Origin: an uncultured Acidobacteriota bacterium
Lineage (GTDB): Bacteria > Acidobacteriota > Terriglobia > Versatilivoradales > Versatilivoraceae
NCBI GenBank assembly: GCA_963803155.1
Contig: CAWDMN010000059.1
Coordinates: 99,603 to 163,602 of the forward strand
DNA length: 64,000 nucleotides
Direction of reading: 5' to 3'
In this document: positions 1 through 10,110 of the stretch, in pieces
Layout of the letters: every line of letters begins with the position of its first letter
How positions within the stretch are numbered: the first letter of the stretch is position 1
Translations under genes and position numbers: made by a program
Notes under the pieces: generated by a model
What the model was told of the DNA's origin: nothing
What the model saw: only the letters and a program-made list of their open reading frames with translations
The model's database searches: none

Positions 1-970
1 GATTGGTGATATTCCCTCTCTCGTGGCCGGCAAGCGCGTCACGGTGAAGGTTAATTGCACCGGCAGTTGGAATGTCAACACTTATACGCTGCCAGTGGAG
101 TACACGGTTTTCACCAATCCCAACGTGGTGTTGGCCGCCTGCAGCCTGTTTAAGGAATATGGCGCCTCCTCCATCGTGATTGCAGACAGCATGACCTTTG
201 GGGTGGGACCCCGTGATAGTTTCAAGAAAGCCAACTATGACGTGAATCTTTTCGAGGCGGTTGTGCCCGGCATTCAATGGGAAGATACCCACAACGTGGG
301 AAGCGGCAAAGACTATTCCAAAATTGAAGTGGGTTCTTCCGGGTATTTGTATGGTTATTTTAAGGTCAATCATGTTTATAGCGACACGGATGTGCAGGTG
401 TCCATCGCCAAGATGAAGAACCATCAGATTGCGGGCATTACTTTGGGCATGAAGAACCAATTTGGAGTGGCTCCCAACTCCTTGTATGCGGGATCCACCG
501 TCGATGAAAATGCCACAAGCAACCGGGCTTTCACCTTCCATTCCGGTGGCATGAGCGCGGCCGGCGGGGAAATCCTGCCCTATACCTCCACGGATCCGGG
601 GTTCCGGGTTCCTCGGGTGGTGGCCGATATGGCCAAAGCTCGCCCCATTCATTTGACCATTACCGACGCGATTGTCACCATGCATGGCGGGGAAGGCCAG
701 TGGGAAACTACCAGCTTGGGAATTACGGTTCCAGGGCTGCTCATTGCCGGAACCAATGTGGTATGCACCGATGCGGTGACCGCCTCGGTGATGGGATATG
801 ATCCCGAAGGGGTGCGCGGCACCAAGCCCTTCATGAATGGGGACAATCATATAGCCTTGGCTGCCGGGCATGGATTGGGCACCAACCGTCTTTCCGAGAT
901 TGAAGTCAAGGGGCTGAGTATCGCCGAAGCCCGTTACCAGTTCCAACCGGTTTCCCGCGAACAACTCTAA
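1..970 (+). CDS. DUF362-like domain protein; 5' end probably truncated by the window edge
   Basis: ORF 23..970 starts at GTG, but the frame stays open back to position 2. The KVN..G...NPNVV...GASSIVIADS pattern resembles DUF362 proteins. Function unknown. Confidence 0.4.
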   Translation, partial: IGDIPSLVAGKRVTVKVNCTGSWNVNTYTLPVEYTVFTNPNVVLAACSLFKEYGASSIVIADSMTFGVGPRDSFKKANYDVNLFEAVVPGIQWEDTHNVGSGKDYSKIEVGSSGYLYGYFKVNHVYSDTDVQVSIAKMKNHQIAGITLGMKNQFGVAPNSLYAGSTVDENATSNRAFTFHSGGMSAAGGEILPYTSTDPGFRVPRVVADMAKARPIHLTITDAIVTMHGGEGQWETTSLGITVPGLLIAGTNVVCTDAVTASVMGYDPEGVRGTKPFMNGDNHIALAAGHGLGTNRLSEIEVKGLSIAEARYQFQPVSREQL

Positions 971-973
971 AGG

Positions 974-2248
974 ATGAGAGGCATTATGCGTTTAAAAGGC
1001 TTGATGATATTGGGATTTTTTCTAATGGCCTCCTTCATGTGGGCCGCTGAGAATGCAATCACCTTCCACTATGATTTCCAGCGGACGGGGCGGACCACCA
1101 ATGTGGCCACCAGGGTTTCCAATGTGCTATGGAGTTTCAAGACCTTATCCTCGGTGGAGGCGTCGCCAGTTGTGGATGCGGACGGCACCATCTATGTGGC
1201 TTCGACCGACAAACAGCTCTATGCCCTCACTTCGGCCGGGGCGGAGAAATGGAATTTTGAAGCTCATGAGAGCATCTTTTCCACACCCACATTGGTGAAC
1301 GGGACCCTTTATTTTGGCGACATTGATGGCTGGTATTATGCTTTGTCCACCACCAGGACGTTGAAATGGTCCTTCCGTTTGCCGGATGAAGATGGACCGG
1401 AACGCCGCATTTTGACGCCTCCCGCAGTAGATTCCAATGGCGCGATCTATCTGGCGGCCTGGAATAATTTTTTCTACAAGATAAGTCCTGACGGGACGAT
1501 CGTTTGGAAAGCCAAGCTGGCGGGTTTGCCCACCGCCGCACCGGCGCTGGATGGTGAGGGAAACATCTATGTTGCGAGTTTGGACAATGGAGTCGATGAT
1601 CAAGGGAACCCCACAGATTACAATGTGTCGATTTACCGGTTCGCTCCCGGTTCGAACACCCCCGTTTGGAAGTATCAGGACTGGTGGGCGTTCAACAACC
1701 GTAACCGTGTGATTTCCACTCCGGCCATTGATTTGGAGCGGGGCTTGATTCTGGTTGGCGCCTGCGTCCAGCAGGAGTGGAGCGAACCCTATACGAATGG
1801 CGGGGCGCTTTATGGGGTGCACCTCAATGATGGCAGCCAGGCTTTCCGAACTGATTTGCCCTTGGGTACTACCTCTTCACCCGCCTTTTCTGCCGATGGA
1901 ACCGCTTATATTGGCTGCCTTGACGGCAAGCTCTATGCGGTTGATTTGGTGGCCGGCGCAATCCAATGGAGTTATAAAGCAGAGGGCCTGTTTGTGATGG
2001 GCGCTCCGGTAGTGGATGGCGAGGGCTCGATCCTCTTTGGCGACAGTGATGGTACAGTCTACTGCTTGAGCAAGACCGGCAGACTGCAGTGGGATTTGCA
2101 CACAGTTTCCAACATTCAATCCGCTCCAGTGATTGCATCCGATGGAACGGTCTATGTCACTTCTTACGATGGCCGGATCTATGCCATTGGTGGAAGTCCG
2201 CGCTCGCTCTGGCATAGGACCCAATCCCATCCAAGGTCGGGTCGCTGA
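974..2248 (+). CDS. PQQ-like beta-propeller repeat protein (BamB/PQQ-repeat family), secreted
   Basis: 424-aa ORF with an N-terminal hydrophobic signal (LMILGFFLMASFMWA). Repeated DGTIYV / G.LYAL / DG.L.W motifs are typical of PQQ-like 8-blade propellers. Confidence 0.6.
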   Translation: MRGIMRLKGLMILGFFLMASFMWAAENAITFHYDFQRTGRTTNVATRVSNVLWSFKTLSSVEASPVVDADGTIYVASTDKQLYALTSAGAEKWNFEAHESIFSTPTLVNGTLYFGDIDGWYYALSTTRTLKWSFRLPDEDGPERRILTPPAVDSNGAIYLAAWNNFFYKISPDGTIVWKAKLAGLPTAAPALDGEGNIYVASLDNGVDDQGNPTDYNVSIYRFAPGSNTPVWKYQDWWAFNNRNRVISTPAIDLERGLILVGACVQQEWSEPYTNGGALYGVHLNDGSQAFRTDLPLGTTSSPAFSADGTAYIGCLDGKLYAVDLVAGAIQWSYKAEGLFVMGAPVVDGEGSILFGDSDGTVYCLSKTGRLQWDLHTVSNIQSAPVIASDGTVYVTSYDGRIYAIGGSPRSLWHRTQSHPRSGR

Positions 2249-2376
2249 GATAACAGGTCTTTTTTTTTGGGCGAGGTCCGCCTACACCCTAGTGGCGTGA
2301 CCCGGACGAATCGCAGCTATAAGGCCAAGCTCAAAAACTATCCTCCCCTGGAAGACAGCTAAATCGGGGATCAGAC

Positions 2377-2688
2377 CTGAATGGCGCTGACTTAAGGATC
2401 CCATGGCGATAAATCCGTTCAAATTTTGTCCCGGCAGGAATATTGGAGAATAGCCAGGGGTGGCGCGGTTTTTGCGCCACCCCTGGCTACTGATTCAGAA
2501 GAATTATCCGCCCCGGCAGGGGCGGTGGAGGAAGTGGAGGAAGCAACTCAGGCAATTCACTCCCGCGCCTTTTCAGGGCGCTAACTCTTTTCTCCTGTTT
2601 CCAGGGACGGCGAAATTCGTTCTCTTGTCCCCGGCTACTCTCCGTTGTCCCTTCGGGACTTTTTGCTCCTTAAGTCAGCGCCATTCAG
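2377..2688. repeat. MITE-like element bounded by perfect 22-bp terminal inverted repeats with internal hairpins
   Basis: ctgaatggcgctgacttaagga at 2377-2398 is the exact reverse complement of 2667-2688. Inside are a 13-bp-stem hairpin (ccaggggtggcgc/gcgccacccctgg, 2453-2485) and further complementary arms (ggagaatagcc / ggctactctcc). Confidence 0.5.
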
Positions 2689-3006
2689 CTCTGCCCCCTA
2701 CAATCGCAGCATATTCATCCTTAATCTTTCCCTGGCCATCGAACCGTTTTTTGTGCATGGTGGATCAATTCTTGCCAGATCTTCTCAAACTTTTTTCTCG
2801 CGCTATTTCGGAGTAAAATCAATCTGATATTTACAATCTCTCAAAATGTGATTTAAACTCTCGATGTCATCCCCCATGGTTCCATTGATTAAACTTTGCG
2901 CGGGTCACGAAACCAGAGTGAACCTCAATCAGATTTTGTGAATCGCTGACATCGCCGAATGGTGGCCCATTCAATTATCTGCAAACTCATTGGAAGGCGA
3001 ACTTTT

Positions 3007-5466
3007 ATGAAAAAATCCTATTATCTTTTCCTGCTCTGTTTTCTTGTTCTCCAACCGTTTTCCCCACGGAGTGCAGACGCTGAGGAGAAAAACCTTAATG
3101 CCAATAGTGAGCCCATTTATAGAGAACTCCGGACCTTGAGCTTGAGCGGAGAATTCGCCAAAGTAGAGGGATTTGTTCTAAAACGCGATGAGGCCAATAT
3201 TACATTCAAGACTGGGGAATTTTATTTTCTTTCGCCGGTCGCTGGACGCGTGACCGGCGCCGTTTTCTTAGGAAAGGGTGAAATTCAGGTATCGCCCGAG
3301 CTGTACTATGAACAAGCTCATCTCCGCCACCTGACGGGCACTCCAAATATGACCGACCCGTTTGAGAAAATGGTCTTACGCTTTTCCGACAAGACTTTAG
3401 AGGAAATCCGGTCGGCCTTTCGATTGCAATCCGGCGCCCCCTATAATCCAGCGCGGAATTATCTGGAAGATGTTCGCAAGATGTTGCGCAAAGGGCGGAG
3501 TTTTCTAAATCCGAACCTGGCCTCTTCTTTTTTGAACTACAACCTTGACCTTAGAATTGCGCAAGAATTGCTCAACAGCGGCACTGGCGGATTATTTATG
3601 GCATATTTCGAGGGGAATAAATATGGCGACATGCTGTTCGGAATCGACCCGTTGGGCGCCCCTTTCGTCTCTCCCGAAGAAGTTGTGCTGGTGAATTTTT
3701 CCGATCGCAATTCGGGAATCTGGAATGCCTCGCACGAGAAACCGCATTTGCAGGGTGGAAAAGCTGGAGAAGAGATTCACCGATTGGTGGACCTGGAACA
3801 CTACATTATTGATGCCACTATAAAGGGTCAGCACTTAAAAGCCAATGTCCAGCTGGATTTCACTCCGCTGGTCGAGGGAGTGCGCCTGATCCCTTTCGAT
3901 TTTTTTGGGCATCTGCGCATGCGGAAGGTGAGTGATGGAGAGGGGAAATCTTTAAATTTTATTCAGGAAGATAAACACGAGGATCCGGATTTTGCCGTTA
4001 TTTTCCCCGGCGAGTTGGGAAAAGGAAAGAAATGCTCCCTGCAATTTGAATATGAGGGAGATGAGGCCATTTATGACACTGGAGCTGGAAATTACATGTT
4101 GATAGCGCGAACCAATTGGTATCCGAATTCTGGATTTGGAGAAGACCGGGCCACTTATGAGATGACGCTGAGAACACCCAAAGACTTGACGATGGTGGCC
4201 ACCGGACAGCCGCAAGGAGAAAGTTCGGAGGGCGGCATGACTATCTCCCGCTGGAAATGCGATCTCCCCTTAGCCGTGGCTGGATTTAATTGTGGAAGAT
4301 TCAAGAAAGTCACGGTTACGGAGCCCACCACCAAATACCTTATCGAAGCTTATGCCAACAAGGAAGTCCCGGACTATTTGCGCAGCCATGAGCGGATGGC
4401 GGATGAGCCGGGGGAGTCCGGTGCGACTTCTGGCATGCTGGGGGCCATCAACACCACCAGCATGATTGATCGGGCTCTGGCGGAATCCAAGGCATCGATT
4501 GGCCTGTTCAGCCAGCTTTTTGGACCGCTTCCTTATGGGCGGATCGCCATGACCCAACAACCTTCGCCCAGCTTTGGACAGGCTTGGCCGATGTTAGTTT
4601 ATATGCCGTTGAGTGCTTTCCTGGACAGGACCTATCGTCACGAATTGGGCATGGACGGCTGGCGCTCGGAAACCTTCTATCGGTATGTGACTGCCCATGA
4701 AATTTCCCATCAATGGTGGGGACATATTGTGGGATGGAAATCTTACCGGGATCAGTGGCTCAGTGAAGGAATGGCTCACTTTTCCTCCTCCCTCTTCGCT
4801 CAGGTGGTTTACAAGAACGAAGCCCTGATCAAATTTTGGACTGAACAGACTCAAGAGATTACGGAGCGAAACAAGGAAGGAAAAAGGCCAATTGATGTTG
4901 GAGCGGTATACATGGGATACCGGCTGAATACCGCGAAGACCGGGGCGGCAGCTCGAGGCATTCTCTATGCAAAAGGCGCGTACATCCTCCACATGTTGCG
5001 CATGCTGATGTGGGACCCCCAAAGCGGCGACAGCCGATTTAACGGCATGTTGCAGGATTTCGTGAAGAGCTATTACAACCGCGAGGCCTCCACGGAAGAT
5101 TTCAAGCAGGTGGTGGAGAGACATATGATTCCAGCCATTGACATGGACGGCAATGGCCGGCTGGACTGGTTTTTCAATCAATGGGTCTATGGGACGAGTC
5201 TGCCGGAATATCGTCTGGAATCGCGGGTGGAAAACGCGGAGAAAGGTCAGTTCAATCTTCTCTTCAAAATCAGTCAGAATAATGTGGACGATTCCTTCAA
5301 GATGCGAGTCCCGATTTATGCCGATCTCGGCGGCAAGACTATCCGGTTAGCTTCAATCGGTGTGCGGGGAAACGGCGTGACGAAGGAATTTTCGCTCCTC
5401 CTGCCGAAGAAGCCGGAACAGATTCGGCTCTGTGGAATGAAGGATGTCCTTTGCACCATTAAATGA
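3007..5466 (+). CDS. M1-family zinc metallopeptidase (gluzincin), secreted
   Basis: HEISH (HEXXH) plus a downstream WLSEG glutamate is the M1 signature. The GAMEN exopeptidase motif was not seen. Signal peptide MKKSYYLFLLCFLVLQPFSP; the longer ORF begins at 2959. Confidence 0.75.
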   Translation: MKKSYYLFLLCFLVLQPFSPRSADAEEKNLNANSEPIYRELRTLSLSGEFAKVEGFVLKRDEANITFKTGEFYFLSPVAGRVTGAVFLGKGEIQVSPELYYEQAHLRHLTGTPNMTDPFEKMVLRFSDKTLEEIRSAFRLQSGAPYNPARNYLEDVRKMLRKGRSFLNPNLASSFLNYNLDLRIAQELLNSGTGGLFMAYFEGNKYGDMLFGIDPLGAPFVSPEEVVLVNFSDRNSGIWNASHEKPHLQGGKAGEEIHRLVDLEHYIIDATIKGQHLKANVQLDFTPLVEGVRLIPFDFFGHLRMRKVSDGEGKSLNFIQEDKHEDPDFAVIFPGELGKGKKCSLQFEYEGDEAIYDTGAGNYMLIARTNWYPNSGFGEDRATYEMTLRTPKDLTMVATGQPQGESSEGGMTISRWKCDLPLAVAGFNCGRFKKVTVTEPTTKYLIEAYANKEVPDYLRSHERMADEPGESGATSGMLGAINTTSMIDRALAESKASIGLFSQLFGPLPYGRIAMTQQPSPSFGQAWPMLVYMPLSAFLDRTYRHELGMDGWRSETFYRYVTAHEISHQWWGHIVGWKSYRDQWLSEGMAHFSSSLFAQVVYKNEALIKFWTEQTQEITERNKEGKRPIDVGAVYMGYRLNTAKTGAAARGILYAKGAYILHMLRMLMWDPQSGDSRFNGMLQDFVKSYYNREASTEDFKQVVERHMIPAIDMDGNGRLDWFFNQWVYGTSLPEYRLESRVENAEKGQFNLLFKISQNNVDDSFKMRVPIYADLGGKTIRLASIGVRGNGVTKEFSLLLPKKPEQIRLCGMKDVLCTIK

Positions 5467-5644
5467 TGATTCCCCGGCGAGGTCTTCTTTGCTCGCCTCT
5501 GCGATCTAGCGATCAAATCAAGAAGCACGAAGCCCAGGAAAGGATTCAAAAGAGCGGCCTGGGAATCGGATGATCAAAAAGTGCCTGTCTTTAAAATTTA
5601 AGGAGAGAACACAGCGCAGTTATATCAAATATTTAAATAAAAAT

Positions 5645-5690
5645 AGTTAAATTGTTAAGAGCGGCCCCAATTGCACTTTTCCCTTTTTCA
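5645..5690 (+). repeat. Solo REP-like repeat related to the repeats flanking the RAYT gene
   Basis: taaattgttaagagcggccccaatt..ttcc matches the ttaagagcggcc core and flanks of the repeats at 13545-13575 (inverted) and 14598-14630. Confidence 0.35.
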
Positions 5691-5754
5691 AATAAGAGCG
5701 ACATTCCACCCAAAACCGGACTAGCCAAAAAATAATCGGCGTGATGATGTTGCA

Positions 5755-6216
5755 TCAATGCTTAGGGGCTGGCACTTCATAAACCAAGACCGATTTGTCT
5801 GATCTCAAGGCATAACCAATCCCGGCTCCAATCACGGCAAAAAGGACGACGGTACCTGCCACTGCCGCGCCATAGCCGGTTTCCTTCTCCATAATCCCGG
5901 CGCCAATTGCTCCCCCTGCCGCTGCCCCGGCCGCAGCACCAATTAGTGTCGATTTCTGCCAGCTGCCCCTTTTCTTCAGGTACAAGCGGCTGACCTCTTT
6001 CTTTGAGACCTCCATCGTCTTGCCGTCGATTTGAACAAAGACGGAATCCGATGTCACGTGTTCCAGAACCCCCTTCAACGTTTTACCCGTCGCCAAATTC
6101 ACTTGAATGTGCTCGCCCGCTTTGATGGCTTGCACGGCTGCCCAATCCGCTGCCTCCGCGGAAGCCTGCCCGCTCAAGAGAGAAATGACCAACAAGATGC
6201 TCGCTATTCTTGACAT
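5755..6216 (-). CDS. small exported glycine-zipper protein
   Basis: 153 aa; signal peptide MSRIASILLVISLLSGQASA; GAAAGAAAGGAIGAGI and GAGIGYAL glycine-zipper segments. Confidence 0.5.
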   Translation of the reverse strand: MSRIASILLVISLLSGQASAEAADWAAVQAIKAGEHIQVNLATGKTLKGVLEHVTSDSVFVQIDGKTMEVSKKEVSRLYLKKRGSWQKSTLIGAAAGAAAGGAIGAGIMEKETGYGAAVAGTVVLFAVIGAGIGYALRSDKSVLVYEVPAPKH

Positions 6217-6409
6217 AAGACCTCCCTAAAAGAAAAAAGGTAATCGTTGTCTTTGTGCACTCACAGATTAGGATAAAGACGCTGAAGTTTTTTATGTCCC
6301 TTAAAGGCCAGGTGGGTTCCAGTCAGGTGCGTGACCCAACCGGAACCCACCCAGATATCCCCTTGCAGTCCATCTCTTGGCGGAAATAAAACTTTAAAGA
6401 GAGCCTGCA

Positions 6410-8803
6410 CTATGGGGTATTCCGCGGGCTGATCTTGGCCACAAATGCATCCGCGTGACCTCCCAAGTTATTACGGATTGGATGGACCAATGGAAAATTT
6501 GACGATCTAGTCCGACCTGCCACATAGATGTTCCCTCTCCCGTCCAGCCCGAGGCCTCGGCCCCAATCTTCAGCGTTGCCACCCAGGTAGGTTGAGAACC
6601 ACAGCCTCGTACCTGTGGGATTGAGCGCTGTTACGAATGCATCGAAACCACCAGCATTGGCAGCCTGGATGGGTTTGGCTGTCGGAAAGTCAGTGGAGGC
6701 AGTCTTGCCCGTGACGTATGCGTTGCCAGCAAAATCCAAGGCAATTGCATCACCCCGTTCATTGCCGTTCCCACCCAGGTAAGTCGAATAGACCAGCTTG
6801 GACCCAGCGGCATTCAACTTGGTTACAAATGCATCCCATGGGGTAGCACTCACGTTTTCTTGGAAAGCCCCAGGAGTAGTGGGGAAATCAGGACCAGCAC
6901 CCCCTGTCACGTAGGCGTTTCCGAAGTAGTCCACGGCAACGTCCAAACCGCCGGATCCGCCACTTCCGCCCAGGTAAGTAGAGTAGACGAGTCTTGACCC
7001 TTTGGGACTGATCTTGGTCACGGTTGCCACGCACGCACCCAGATTGTCGGGCTGGATGGCGTTAGCTACTGGAAAGTCGTTCGAACAAGAATACCCCACA
7101 ACATAGGCGTTTCCGAAGAAGTCCACGGCGATCCCGTCACCTTCATCGTCATACCCCCCGCCCAAGTACGTGGAGTAAACCATCGCTGTGCCCTTAGGAT
7201 CAAGCTTGGTTACGAAGGAGTCCGTATAATCGAAGGAGTAACTGCCAAAACTGTTCTGAAAAGCTTTTTGAAGGGGAAAATCCGGAGAATTGGTGAATCC
7301 GGTCACATAGGAGTTCCCGACAGGATCCACGGCGATGCCCAGCCCGTAGTCACCGCCGCTACCACCCAGGTAGGTCGAGTATACCAGGGCAGATCCAGTT
7401 GAGTTAATCTTTGTTACAAAAGCATCTCCACAAGGCATACCCCAGCTCGGCACAAAGCAGTCCGAAGGACTCTGGCTAAATTCCGGTTGGATTGCCCGGA
7501 GGGTGGGGAAGTCATTCGAAAGAGTCCACCCAGTCACGTAAGCATTACCCTTGAGGTCAGCCGCAATCCCAGTCCCCCAGTCCTCATTGCCGCCCCCAAG
7601 ATAAGTGGAATAGACAACAGTGCCCGTGGGACCAAGCTTTGTGACAAAAACATCAGCAAATGAATCTCCGGATACGGAGGTATCACAGGAGCCATCGGTC
7701 CCGCAAGCTGTGTCATAGGCACCCGAGGTTGTGGGAAAGTCAGCCGAATAAGTGATGCCTACTACGTATGCGTTGCCCGCGTCATCCGTGGCCAAATTCA
7801 CGGCTTCATCCCAAAAGCTCCCGCCCAGATAAGTTGAGTAGCTTAAGATCGGGTCAATGATGAGCGGTTGGTGAAGGTCGTAAGAGCCCACCTCAAACCC
7901 CACACGGTTGTCGGATAGGAGCACGTAGTTACCGTCAACATGACTTCTTGGGGTTCCGCGGGCTAAACCGGAAGCCTCTTGATATATGACGGGCTTGTGG
8001 AACTGCACCTCCCCGCCGTCGGACCGGATCACAAGATTTCCGCTATTGTCAATCCGAAGGGCCGTGCGATTTCCGACCCTTTGCAGGCCGTCGCCGTCGA
8101 AGGCGATTACAATGGATCGCGGATCAGCGTCTGGGGCAACAACGAAATCGTATTCCAGATGCCGATGATCACCGTAGTATACGAGATCAATGCCGGGATA
8201 GACTTTTGCGTATTTCACCTTGGCGTAAGTTGGAACGTTCGTGCGCCACTTCTTGGGGTCGTTGCCTCGGAAGTAGTTGACCTTGCCAGGCAGTTGCTCC
8301 AGTCCGGAGACCTTCGCCGCTGCATCGGCGCCGGCCAGCCTCATGCGAAGAGCGGCATGGGCTATGGGTTGGGGAATAGATGTGGGGGCAGGGGATGCCG
8401 GGCGTAGAGAGTCGATGTTCAACAGAATCTTGTTATCTATACGATTGTCAAATTGCAACTGGCGGAGGCCTAAAAGCGGAGAGCCGGTCGTTGACGGCTT
8501 CCCGAGTTTCAATACGGCTTCAGTGCCTGTCAAGAACAAGGAGTAATCCTGCCCGCGGGACAAGTACTTAACTTGTGAATTGGTCTGACCTTCGTTGACC
8601 TCAAAGCTAAGTGGGAGCCTTCCATAGTTCTCAATCAGATGGGCTTGTCGTGGTTGATTAGGAGAACCAAGTGGCTCCGGCTGGGCCATCCCTTCGCGGG
8701 CCACTATGCTTGATTGAGGGCCAAGCATGAAGAGGATGAACACTATTTGCCCAATGAACACGAGAGTGATACGACTGTTGAATCTACTGCGAAAGTATTT
8801 CAT
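6410..8803 (-). CDS. SBBP beta-propeller repeat protein, secreted
   Basis: More than 10 repeats of YSTYLGG....G.AVD..GNAYVTG.T.S.DFP (SBBP repeat). N-terminal TM/signal after MKYFRSRFNSR; the longer ORF extends to 8848. Confidence 0.7.
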   Translation of the reverse strand: MKYFRSRFNSRITLVFIGQIVFILFMLGPQSSIVAREGMAQPEPLGSPNQPRQAHLIENYGRLPLSFEVNEGQTNSQVKYLSRGQDYSLFLTGTEAVLKLGKPSTTGSPLLGLRQLQFDNRIDNKILLNIDSLRPASPAPTSIPQPIAHAALRMRLAGADAAAKVSGLEQLPGKVNYFRGNDPKKWRTNVPTYAKVKYAKVYPGIDLVYYGDHRHLEYDFVVAPDADPRSIVIAFDGDGLQRVGNRTALRIDNSGNLVIRSDGGEVQFHKPVIYQEASGLARGTPRSHVDGNYVLLSDNRVGFEVGSYDLHQPLIIDPILSYSTYLGGSFWDEAVNLATDDAGNAYVVGITYSADFPTTSGAYDTACGTDGSCDTSVSGDSFADVFVTKLGPTGTVVYSTYLGGGNEDWGTGIAADLKGNAYVTGWTLSNDFPTLRAIQPEFSQSPSDCFVPSWGMPCGDAFVTKINSTGSALVYSTYLGGSGGDYGLGIAVDPVGNSYVTGFTNSPDFPLQKAFQNSFGSYSFDYTDSFVTKLDPKGTAMVYSTYLGGGYDDEGDGIAVDFFGNAYVVGYSCSNDFPVANAIQPDNLGACVATVTKISPKGSRLVYSTYLGGSGGSGGLDVAVDYFGNAYVTGGAGPDFPTTPGAFQENVSATPWDAFVTKLNAAGSKLVYSTYLGGNGNERGDAIALDFAGNAYVTGKTASTDFPTAKPIQAANAGGFDAFVTALNPTGTRLWFSTYLGGNAEDWGRGLGLDGRGNIYVAGRTRSSNFPLVHPIRNNLGGHADAFVAKISPRNTP

Positions 8804-8940
8804 AAAACCTCCTTCTTGAGTTGCCGGTTTCCGGTGAATGAACTTCAAGCAAGACCTGCCTCAGGTACAATCAAGTGACACCACCTCCTTGTCAGGGGAC
8901 GACAAGCAATGTGAGTCCGGTAGCTCCCCATTCATTTCGA

Positions 8941-9125
8941 GTAACCACTCAGGCAGTAGCCGAAAGTCAGAATTCAGGAGTCAGAATGAACGCGTCAGAA
9001 CCGAGATTTGATGACTTTGTGGCGTGGCAAAAGACTTGCAAGTTTTTGCTGCAATCTTTTAAAATCCTATTCGCCGACCATTCTGGATTCTGACTCCTGA
9101 ATTCTGTCTGCCTGAGTAGTAACCA
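8941..9125. repeat. Long imperfect inverted repeat (~46-nt arms) about 95 bp upstream of the SBBP gene; MITE-like or structured leader
   Basis: Left arm gttaccactcaggcag..cagaattcaggagtcagaatg (8941-8990) is the reverse complement of right arm cattctggattctgactcctgaattctg.ctgcctgagtagtaac (9079-9123). The spacer holds a nested palindrome caaaagacttgcaagtttttg. Confidence 0.45.
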
Positions 9126-9690
9126 TTTCGATTGGATTGCATCACACTCGCCAAACCGGAAAAGTTGCAGGCTAAAGTTTTGAATTATCGGCTAAGCAGG
9201 CATCTGCAATAATTTCTTTGGATTGCGGGAGTATGCCGGGGGTGTCAGTGCTGACGGTATTGCTTAGTTCTCTCTCTTTACCCCAAAATGCAATGAAAAA
9301 AGGCAACACCTGCAGTTGATGCTGGCATCCCAATTTAGAAGCGAAAAATTCTAGTGCGGGGAATTGAATCTGCATCCCCTAGTTATTCATAATCGTGAAC
9401 TTTCGCCAAACAATGCCAATGCCGATGGGCCAGTAAACAGATCGGGCGTCGAAGCAGAGGGCGACGGTATTTTAATGTTGATCTCTCTTTATGTTTTAAT
9501 TTTACAGCAAATTGCCACGAATTTAAAAAATTTTGAAAAGCGGCACCTTTTCTACTTTTTGGAAGAAAATGGTGAATGGAATCAGGGCAAATTGTTGCCG
9601 CTCAGAAATATGAGGACTCCCGCTGAATTCCAGTGAAGGAAAAATATTTTCACCGGGCTGTCCACAAAAAGGGAGCATGTTACGTTTAGT

Positions 9691-9745
9691 TAGGGCGAGA
9701 TTAGGGCGAGATTAGCGAGATTAGGGTCAAGCGAGATTAGGGTCA
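9691..9745. repeat. Short tandem repeat (gcgagattaggg)x~5
   Basis: ttagggcgagattagggcgagattagcgagattagggtcaagcgagattagggtcagacc, read directly. Confidence 0.85.
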
Positions 9746-10110
9746 GACCTTAATAGTTGCTATTTCGTTGAATCAGAACAATAACTCATTGTGATATTGT
9801 CGTATGGCACGACCCATTCTAGTCCTTTATCCTGGATCGATTTATCATGTCACCGCGCAGGGCCATGGGCGGAAGGCATTCTTCCACGATGACGTTGATC
9901 GGGAGCGGATGAACAGCGAGATTAGGGTCAGACCTTAATAGTTGCTATTTCGTTGAATCAGAACAATAACTCATTGTGATATTGTCGTATGGCACGACCC
10001 ATTCTAGTCCTTTATCCTGGATTGATTTATCATGTCACCGCGCAGGGTCATGAGCGGAAGGCATTCTTCCACGATGACGTTGATCGGGAGTGGATGAACA
10101 GAAGCTCTCG
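9721..10110. repeat. Tandem duplication, 2 x 195 bp, covering the promoter region and first 38 codons of a RAYT-like pseudogene
   Basis: Unit 9721-9915 is ~97% identical to 9916-10110. Each copy has ATG (9804 / 9999) followed by MARPILVLYPGSIYHVTAQGH.RKAFFHDDVDRE. Confidence 0.9.

Noticed and set aside
1145-1822. Long antisense ORFs inside real genes (e.g. 225 aa within the PQQ gene, 243 aa at 22561..23292, 253 aa at 45959..46720, 278 aa at 50466..51302, 335 aa at 62925..63932 inside recB)
   Set aside because: Each is fully embedded opposite a gene with clear family motifs. The high GC content yields long stop-free antisense frames. None has RBS or homology-like motifs.
6327-6367. 10-bp-stem hairpin (ggtgggttcc...ggaacccacc) between the SBBP gene end and the glycine-zipper gene start, considered as a rho-independent terminator
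   Set aside because: No U-tract follows the stem on either strand. Possibly a rho-dependent or structural element, but it cannot be called a terminator from sequence.
9691-10110. Possible CRISPR array suggested by regularly spaced repeats (12-bp units, then 195-bp units)
   Set aside because: The units are contiguous tandem repeats with no unique spacers and the wrong repeat lengths. The 195-bp unit encodes the 5' end of a transposase gene. No cas genes are nearby.
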